Assembly: GCA_964342815.1 (NCBI GenBank)
Contig: CAYFHS010000040.1
Coordinates: 1-11,606 of the forward strand
Direction of reading: 5' to 3'
Source: an uncultured archaeon
Lineage (GTDB): Archaea > Thermoplasmatota > Penumbrarchaeia > JASLWR01
Length of the DNA stretch: 11,606 bases
Position numbers and translations under genes: made by a program. The notes beneath the pieces were generated by a model, which did no database searches, was not told the DNA's origin, and saw only the letters and a list, made by a program, of their open reading frames with translations. Numbering within the stretch: position 1 is the stretch's first letter; every line of letters begins with the position of its first letter. Positions 1 through 5,589 of this stretch are shown piece after piece.

Positions 1-7
1 CATTATA

Positions 8-217
8 ATGCTGTTCGTCCTGATACTTTTAATGGCGGTGGTAGTATACATGGCCTTATTCGTTATAGAGAGTTCATTCTCGATAAATGTGGGAATCGGT
101 GCTTCCATCGTACTTGTGCTGCTGATATTATTAATGATATATTGGATATTTAAACGGGAGAAACTGAAAAAGCTTATCGAAAAGGAAAAAGAAGAGGACT
201 GGAAAAGGAGGTTATGA
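8..217 (+). CDS. Small membrane protein (two hydrophobic segments plus charged tail); may be the 3' part of a gene starting before the window
   Basis: Two long hydrophobic stretches followed by a K/E/R-rich C-terminus. The frame is open back to the window edge (ATT ATA ATG), so the start is uncertain. Confidence 0.6.
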   Translation: MLFVLILLMAVVVYMALFVIESSFSINVGIGASIVLVLLILLMIYWIFKREKLKKLIEKEKEEDWKRRL

Positions 218-225
218 GGGACTTT

Positions 226-233
226 AAAAAAAA
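226..233 (-). terminator. Possible oligo-T terminator of the ferredoxin-GGR operon
   Basis: A8 on + (T8 on -), 19 nt past the GGR stop, in the gap between convergent genes. Confidence 0.35.
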
Positions 234-251
234 TATCATCATTAATATATC

Positions 252-1445
252 CTACAAAAAGTATTTCTCGATCTCTCTAACCACATCGGGATGTTTCTCC
301 GCGATTGCCTGGATTATCTCGAAAGTGCCCACCTCTTCCATTTTCGTGTTTCCCAATGTCTCTATAACCTTGTCCACGGTCTCGTCGCTCTGTTTTAGAA
401 GAAGTTCTTTGGCCATGTAATTTCGATACATCTTCTCCTCGAGACGCTTTCGCCACAACGCATCATATTCTTCAAGTGCTTCCACGCTTACATCGCCCCG
501 TTGTACGGCTTTCGCGGCCACCTCTCCTGCGATCTTGGCTGCCAGCATTCCGTTTGCTAGACCCCCGCCGCTCAAAGGATCAACCATCCTTGCCGCATCC
601 CCTACAACCATGAAACCTTCCGCTACAGTGTTCTTCATGGGCATGGATACCGAAACACCCCCCGCCACCATGGAGATGGCCGAGCCTTTCGACAGTACCG
701 GATGATTCTTTATGAAAACATCAAGGTATTCCTTCACGGCCCCCTTTTTCTCTACTTTTGACAGTAAAAGACCAAGACCGACGTTTAGCTCGGTCGCTGA
801 CTTGGGGAATATCCATATGTAACCTCCTGGGACGATAGAGTTTCCAAAATAAAAATCGCAGTACCTGTCTTGATTCACTACTCCGCCAATCGTGTATTGT
901 AAACAGGTCTCCACGTCCTTGCTCTCGAGACGAGTGTCGATCCCGGCTTGTCCTGCAATTACCGATTCATAACCGTCGGCTGCCACTACCACCTTTGCAG
1001 AAATGATGATCTCTTCCGACATGCATTTCCCTTTTGCACCTGTCACCTTGCCGTCGTTAATGATCAATTCCTCTACATGAGTCCTCAGCATTAATTTCGC
1101 CCCTGCGTCTAGAGCTTTCAACGCTATGACCTTGTCAAATTTGTCGCGGTCGATCACGAGGCCTACCTCCTCAGAAACCGCCTCGCCCTCGATAACCCAC
1201 ATATGGCCTGCTGGTGAGATGAAACGGGCACCGTCTACGGTATTTCTAACCCATCGGGGATCCTTTTTAATACCTATTTCATCGAAGATATCCGGCGCGA
1301 TTCCCTCGCCGCATCTCACGGGAGACCCTATCTCTGACCTTTTCTCTACCACCAGTGTACGAGCACCTCCAAGAGCCGCAAAACGTGCAGCAGTGCATCC
1401 CACGGGACCCCCACCGATGATTAGGACATCCGTATCCATTTTCAT
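252..1445 (-). CDS. Digeranylgeranylglycerophospholipid reductase (archaeal geranylgeranyl reductase, FAD-dependent), 397 aa
   Basis: Rossmann motif DVLIIGGGPVG, VRCGEG, RDKFD, ADG, the GGR signature PGGYIWIFPK (YxWxFP), and VGDAARMVDPLSGGG. Start reassigned from 1538 to ATG 1445, which overlaps the ferredoxin TGA (ATGA). ATG 1439 is an alternative. Confidence 0.93.
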   Translation of the reverse strand: MKMDTDVLIIGGGPVGCTAARFAALGGARTLVVEKRSEIGSPVRCGEGIAPDIFDEIGIKKDPRWVRNTVDGARFISPAGHMWVIEGEAVSEEVGLVIDRDKFDKVIALKALDAGAKLMLRTHVEELIINDGKVTGAKGKCMSEEIIISAKVVVAADGYESVIAGQAGIDTRLESKDVETCLQYTIGGVVNQDRYCDFYFGNSIVPGGYIWIFPKSATELNVGLGLLLSKVEKKGAVKEYLDVFIKNHPVLSKGSAISMVAGGVSVSMPMKNTVAEGFMVVGDAARMVDPLSGGGLANGMLAAKIAGEVAAKAVQRGDVSVEALEEYDALWRKRLEEKMYRNYMAKELLLKQSDETVDKVIETLGNTKMEEVGTFEIIQAIAEKHPDVVREIEKYFL

Positions 1446-1618
1446 TTCGAAACCCCCTCTGAAATTGCGCCCACCGGGCAAACCAGCCTGCAGCTTCCGC
1501 ACTGCACACACAAATCCATGTAAAAAACTATTCCACACTCATACAGTCTTATTGCATTATCATTACATGTGCCAACACATGCGCCGCACCTGAGACATCG
1601 CTCCATGTCAACTTTCAT
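1442..1618 (-). CDS. 2[4Fe-4S] ferredoxin, 58 aa
   Basis: CLRCGACVGTC and CVQCGSCRLVCP motifs. Start at MKVD (1618) follows purine-rich GAGGAAGGG. The stop overlaps the GGR start. Confidence 0.92.
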   Translation of the reverse strand: MKVDMERCLRCGACVGTCNDNAIRLYECGIVFYMDLCVQCGSCRLVCPVGAISEGVSK

Positions 1619-1652
1619 ATATTTCCCTTCCTCTTTGCGTAAACGGCAGAAT

Positions 1653-1671
1653 CCCATATAAAAAATATGGG
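1653..1671 (-). promoter_or_regulatory. TATA-like box of the ferredoxin-GGR operon inside a perfect palindrome
   Basis: CCCATAT-AAAAA-ATATGGG (7-bp arms). The minus strand contains TTTTTATA about 40 nt upstream of ATG 1618. Confidence 0.5.
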
Positions 1672-1817
1672 CACATTTTCTGGATTATGATACATATTTT
1701 CCGTCCAAAAGCGAATTTCAAGGCGAATGCGCACCCCTCAAATTGAACACGAAGTTATTAGTTATCCTTATTTTTAGAAAAAAACGCGCATTTTTTAGGC
1801 TTTTTCAAATCCATATA

Positions 1818-1831
1818 GAAATATTTATAAA
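1818..1831 (+). promoter_or_regulatory. Candidate BRE + TATA for the RHH gene
   Basis: GAAATA followed by TTTATAAA (1824-1831). This would imply a leader of about 100 nt before ATG 1956. Confidence 0.4.
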
Positions 1832-1955
1832 GGTTTTAAGGAATGGTTTCACGTGTAGAGCGAATCGAACTGCCGGTTTCGTAATACACCTGTAATCAAA
1901 AATCTTTTCGGGCATCGGAAAGTGGCTAAAAACAGGTATTAACGGGGGTTAATGG

Positions 1956-2285
1956 ATGAAAGACAAGGAGAGAATATCCGTATCCGTGTATCCATCCCAG
2001 TTGGACATGCTCGACAGGGAACAGGACCGGAAAAAGATTTCCACAAGATCGAAGATGATCCGCATCATCTTCAGCGAGTATTTCAATATACACCAACCGG
2101 AAGAAGGAACTGAAAATCTAGTCATAAAAATCCCGGTTGGCTTGTTGGACCTGATGAGACAGTTGATCTATCGTGAGAATGAGAAAGGAAAAAGAAGCCC
2201 CATTTTCCTTCGCGAGGATGAAGTAATACTATATGCTTTACGGCTCCTTCTCATGGAACACTTTCCCCCTGAACGTAAACGCTGA
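1956..2285 (+). CDS. Ribbon-helix-helix (CopG/MetJ-like) DNA-binding protein, probably with two tandem RHH units
   Basis: ERISVSVY (alternating beta strand), then helix PSQLDMLDRE and helix TRSKMIRIIFSEYF. A second, similar unit follows: NLVIKIP-VGLLDLMRQLI...EDEVILYALRLLL. GGGGG lies upstream of the ATG. Confidence 0.75.
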   Translation: MKDKERISVSVYPSQLDMLDREQDRKKISTRSKMIRIIFSEYFNIHQPEEGTENLVIKIPVGLLDLMRQLIYRENEKGKRSPIFLREDEVILYALRLLLMEHFPPERKR

Positions 2286-2370
2286 ACCGGGATTGAAAGG
2301 GTGAAATCAAACCCGGATTCTGGCTGGATCGAAGACGCTTTATACCAATAAACCCGGAGGGAGGGTTTAA

Positions 2371-3447
2371 ATGAATATGAAAAACAAACAGGAGGTTAAC
2401 ACAGATATAATTGATGAAATGGAAGCAGCGGTCTTCTACGATTTCTTTGAGATCCATAGAAAGACCAGAATAAGCCTTGAAGATTTCATGCATGCGTGTG
2501 AGATCATGGGGCTCGCCAGTATACTGGCACAGAGATATCACCATGGGGCGGGATTATCGATCAATCGGTCGGCAAGATCTGTAAACAAATACTTTCTTGG
2601 CAAAAAGGAGAATGATCTTCTGAACATGGGAGTTGATCTTTCATCGGTGAAAATCGCACTCAGTGACGTACTCATCGCCTTGGACGGAGCGGGTGCCATA
2701 GTGAACGGGAAGATCACGAACGTAGGGTGTATGATCCTTGTATCAAAAAGAACGTGTGAAAAAGCATTGCGACGCCTGAATGAGAATCCTGACCCTGGGC
2801 TTTTTCGGAAAGAAACTTATCAGTTAACCGCTGGAGGTGCCCATACTAGGCATGGTTCTATGACTGCCTACTCAATGAAATGCCCCAATTCGGTAAATTT
2901 CGTCGTTTCCCACAAAGGCCGAGCCTGCATACTGGTAAAGGGAAAGGTCATAGGGCAGATCACCAGGATTGAGAGTATCGACGGTCCCGTATACATCGAG
3001 CCATATTCGGGTAATGGATTTCCCGGAGAGGAGAAAACGCAGTTAGTCAAAACTTTCTCACCACAGCTCCGAACAATAGTTGAGAAAGGATTCAAATCGG
3101 GGGATATCTTCATCGAGCAGTTGATAAAAGCCAGGGCGGACATCGCCTGGGACAAGAAACAAGGAATGTTGCACTATCTGAACAAATTCAGATGGGGACG
3201 TCAGCGGAAAATTTCGGATTATCCCGTATTCATTGAGTCCGACAAAGGCAAATGGAGAGAAGTCCTACGTAAGCTGCAGCAGACCAACACCGAGCGTATC
3301 AATTCCAGTGATTCTGATCTGAAGCATGAGATTAGATCCTTACGAGAAATTAAATTACGAAAGAATATCATGAAAGATAGTAGAAAATCAACGCAAACTC
3401 ATCTTGACAAGTTCTTCAAAATAATTGGGCGATTTAGATATTTTTAA
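2371..3447 (+). CDS. Diadenylate cyclase (DisA_N/DAC)-fold protein, divergent, with an unassigned C-terminal region and a PIP-box-like motif
   Basis: DAC motif order is preserved: helix LASILAQ + G-hydrophobic strand (HGAGLSI), LDGA (D105-G-A, nt 2683-2691), G-x-x-L-type strand (VGCMIL), TRHGS (R160-H161, canonical TRHRA), and VVS-x-x-G with terminal strands. GGAGGGAGG lies upstream. Confidence 0.72.
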   Translation: MNMKNKQEVNTDIIDEMEAAVFYDFFEIHRKTRISLEDFMHACEIMGLASILAQRYHHGAGLSINRSARSVNKYFLGKKENDLLNMGVDLSSVKIALSDVLIALDGAGAIVNGKITNVGCMILVSKRTCEKALRRLNENPDPGLFRKETYQLTAGGAHTRHGSMTAYSMKCPNSVNFVVSHKGRACILVKGKVIGQITRIESIDGPVYIEPYSGNGFPGEEKTQLVKTFSPQLRTIVEKGFKSGDIFIEQLIKARADIAWDKKQGMLHYLNKFRWGRQRKISDYPVFIESDKGKWREVLRKLQQTNTERINSSDSDLKHEIRSLREIKLRKNIMKDSRKSTQTHLDKFFKIIGRFRYF

Positions 3448-3471
3448 TTATCAATTGACAAATTCCTGATA

Positions 3472-3602
3472 GAATATATTTATCCTATTGGGAATATATT
3501 TTTTTTTATATTTATCCATTTATTTCTTTAAAAGGGATTTTCCCGCCCTCTAAAGTGAAATATATATTATTTTAGCAAAATGAGGAAGAATATATATTTA
3601 TC
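3472..3602. repeat. AT-rich short direct repeats upstream of the recombinase
   Basis: TATATTTATC at 3475, 3507 and 3593. GAATATAT at 3472, 3492 and 3588. Confidence 0.5.
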
Positions 3603-3632
3603 AGCATATTTCCTTTTTTTTACAAATATGAT

Positions 3633-3650
3633 GGAAAAGTATATATAAAA
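3633..3650 (+). promoter_or_regulatory. BRE + TATA of the recombinase gene
   Basis: GGAAAAG followed by TATATATAAA (3640-3649). AGGAG at 3701-3705 precedes ATG 3716. Confidence 0.6.
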
Positions 3651-3657
3651 AGGCAGT

Positions 3658-3717
3658 GTATCGGAAGGTATTGTTATAGGTATCGGCCTCGATACTCAAA
3701 AGGAGATGTTTCGATAT
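3658..3717. promoter_or_regulatory. 60-bp dyad-symmetric site (candidate recombination site or operator)
   Basis: Inner arms GTATCG (3680-3685) / CGATAC (3690-3695) and outer arms TATCG (3659-3663) / CGATA (3712-3716) share one centre, the CC at 3687-3688. Confidence 0.55.
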
Positions 3718-4516
3718 GGTCCCCGGTGAAAACGACGGTAATCAGTCTAATTCGAACAAAAAAGACAAAAAAATAGTAATTTATGCCCGCGTGTCTACCA
3801 AAGATCAGGAAAAAGAGGAAACTGCAAAGACCCAGATCGACCTTCTTACCCCTATCATCCAGAAAGAAGGATACGAACTTATTGATATAATAAAGGACGA
3901 GGATGTATCGGGAGACAGCGACCCGGAAAAACGACCTGGCTTTGCCAGAATACTCGATATGGCTCAGTCTGAAGAGATAAATGAAGTATGGGTGGCCAGC
4001 AGGGATAGGATTGCAAGAAACGTGGATCTCATGGGATTCATCCGGATCACCCTCAACAGGCTCGGAGTCACTGTAATGGCTCTCGACGATTCGAAAGAAA
4101 AATACCTCGATAAATTCAAGGATGTATTGTCGGAAATGGAGCTGGACAAGTACAGACAGAAGAGAATGGATGGGATCGAGCGAGCCAAGAGAGAGAAGAG
4201 AACCCTTCAGAGACCGCCCTTTGGTTATGCCAGTGTGGACAAAAAATTGGTGATTGATGAGACTAAAAGAGGAATAATAAGAGCACTATTCCGTGATTTC
4301 GACATACCCCTAATGTCGCTGAAGAAACTGGCTGATAAATACGATATGAGCCGATCCATGATACAACGTATACGCTCAAACCCCATTTATACTACTGGCG
4401 AAGTAAGATGGCAGGGGAAAGTTGTCTACAAGGTTGAACCGATCATATCTGAAGAGACCGGGGGGGGCGAGGAAACCGAAACCCCCGAAAATGGGGCACA
4501 ACAAACCCTCTTCTGA
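3716..4516 (+). CDS. Serine recombinase: catalytic domain plus Recombinase (PF07508-type) DNA-binding domain, no zinc ribbon, 266 aa
   Basis: IYARVST (catalytic Ser27), DVSG, RPGF, RDRIARN; then PFGY...IIRALF...SNPIYTTG...EPIISEE, the pattern of the large serine recombinase RD domain. Confidence 0.92.
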   Translation: MVPGENDGNQSNSNKKDKKIVIYARVSTKDQEKEETAKTQIDLLTPIIQKEGYELIDIIKDEDVSGDSDPEKRPGFARILDMAQSEEINEVWVASRDRIARNVDLMGFIRITLNRLGVTVMALDDSKEKYLDKFKDVLSEMELDKYRQKRMDGIERAKREKRTLQRPPFGYASVDKKLVIDETKRGIIRALFRDFDIPLMSLKKLADKYDMSRSMIQRIRSNPIYTTGEVRWQGKVVYKVEPIISEETGGGEETETPENGAQQTLF

Positions 4517-4532
4517 TTATTTCAAGTTGAGT

Positions 4533-4550
4533 AGGGAATTCCCTTAACTG
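4533..4550. repeat. Palindromic site AGGGAATTCCCT-TAACTG, with a near copy at 7534-7557
   Basis: Perfect 12-bp palindrome at 4533-4544. The same 7+11 nt recur at 7534-7540 and 7547-7557, separated by a 6-nt insertion. Confidence 0.45.
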
Positions 4551-4688
4551 AATCAAGACGAATGTCATTTAGTTTAATTTATTCTCCAAAGATTCTTAAC
4601 ACGGCCTTGGATCCCTGAAAATGCGTTGTTTATTCCCTTAGAAACTGAAGTTTTACTTAGGTATAACACAAATCAGAAATCTAAGGCG

Positions 4689-4732
4689 AACAGGGATTAT
4701 TAGTATCAACGATCCTGTTTTTTATTTTTTTT
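4689..4732 (+). terminator. Hairpin plus T-tract, possible terminator downstream of the recombinase
   Basis: AACAGG(G)AT...ATCCTGTT stem (4689-4719) runs into TTTTTATTTTTTTT. Confidence 0.4.
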
Positions 4733-4756
4733 ACGATTTTTTTGTTTCAATAAGCG

Positions 4757-4777
4757 AATCAATAGTTTCTATTGATT
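4757..4777. repeat. Perfect inverted repeat
   Basis: AATCAATAG-TTT-CTATTGATT (9-bp arms). Confidence 0.6.
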
Positions 4778-4949
4778 TTATAATTAATTTGTCTCAATCC
4801 ATTAATTTAATCAGAGATGTTGGCTAACTGCAAGCCGCCGCGTGAAGTAAAGCAGGTAAAATCAATAATAGTGAAATAATCCTTATTTGAGATTATGTAG
4901 TTCCATAGATTTAATCAATGTTTTATGCCACTCCAATGATTTATTTAAT

Positions 4950-5027
4950 GTTCGTTATTTATTACAATATGGGTTCAATACCCCGCAGCTTGCTGCGGAT
5001 GGGACCATATTGTAATGAATGAAGAAC
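4950..5027. repeat. Long stem-loop 1 with a REP-like apical hairpin
   Basis: ATTACAATATGG (4961-4972) / CCATATTGTAAT (5005-5016) form a perfect 12-bp stem, extendable with G-T pairs to 4950/5027. Apex CCGCAGC-TT-GCTGCGG (4983-4998). Confidence 0.7.
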
Positions 5028-5110
5028 CGTCTTGAAAATTGCCGTAATACCCTGCAGCTTGCTGCGAAGTGAGCAGAGCGAACGATGGGATCGGCAATTT
5101 TAGGTTCTTC
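5021..5110. repeat. Long stem-loop 2 with the same apical motif
   Basis: GAAGAACC (5021-5028) / GGTTCTTC (5103-5110) and AAAATTGCCG (5035-5044) / CGGCAATTTT (5092-5101). Core at 5046-5066 matches 4977-4997 at 20 of 21 nt. Confidence 0.7.
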
Positions 5111-5500
5111 AAATTTATTTCGAAGAAAAAGGTGATAAAAGACAGAAATCCTATTGATGACAGCAGGGGTCTGACAGGTTATCGGATCCACCCGAATTAT
5201 TGAGAGCATTATCAATTAAGCGTATAAACAAACAAATCCGTCGGATTATTTTTTCATTCAAAAAGGATATGTATAATTATATACTCGGAGATATCTCGTA
5301 AAAAAATTCTCGAAGCCAACTAATTGTGCGGAAAATTGCACAACCATTGGAACAATATTCTCACCTCTATGGGATAATATTCATCCACGGCATGAATTCC
5401 TGAAATAAGGAGATATTATACCTGAAAGAAAGGAGGAAAGGTATGTGTATAAACTATGCACAATCGAATATATATAGCTATTAAATCATTTTTACCGTGT

Positions 5501-5515
5501 GAAGTTTTTTATATA
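5501..5515 (+). promoter_or_regulatory. Candidate BRE/TATA for the acetoacetate-CoA ligase gene
   Basis: GAAG followed by TTTTTTATATA. An archaeal-type GGGTGA ribosome site lies at 5579-5584. Confidence 0.45.
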
Positions 5516-5589
5516 GCCTTAACAATATGCATGTGATCTGATAACCAATCATATGTTTTCGTTAAGAGAAAAATATACGGGTGAGTTAC

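Noticed and set aside
1446-1538. 31-aa N-terminal extension of GGR in the ORF track
   Set aside because: It overlaps the ferredoxin CDS, and the Rossmann motif begins right after ATG 1445/1439.
1126-1593. Antisense or overlapping ORFs (214-420, 1126-1593, 1279-1509, 2251-2544, 2868-3155, 3964-4188, 5509-5691, 6636-6974, 7101-7547, 7539-7811, 8588-8818, 9794-10261, 10494-10703, 10924-11136)
   Set aside because: Shadows of well-supported genes, with no recognisable motifs.
1840-1950. tRNA as an integration target
   Set aside because: No cloverleaf or T-loop GTTCRA could be built here or elsewhere in the window.
4460-4467. G8 tract after EPIISEET as a frameshift restoring a zinc-ribbon domain
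   Set aside because: Both shifted frames stop within about 30 codons (GARKPKPPKMGHNKPSSDYFKLSREFP*, GRGNRNPRKWGTTNPLLIISS*) and contain no cysteines.
3716-4516. IS607-family transposase
   Set aside because: No N-terminal HTH before the catalytic domain and no tnpB downstream.
1720-4888. attL/attR around the RHH-DAC-recombinase trio (AAGGCGAA 1720/4683; ATCCTTATTT 1764/4879)
   Set aside because: Matches of 8-10 nt in AT-rich DNA with inconsistent spacing are expected by chance.
4977-5066. CRISPR mini-array
   Set aside because: Only two 21-nt copies, no cas genes, and the flanks form inverted rather than direct repeats.
4955-5215. 86-aa minus-strand ORF across the hairpins
   Set aside because: No motifs or clear ribosome site. 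The sequence is better explained by the inverted repeats.
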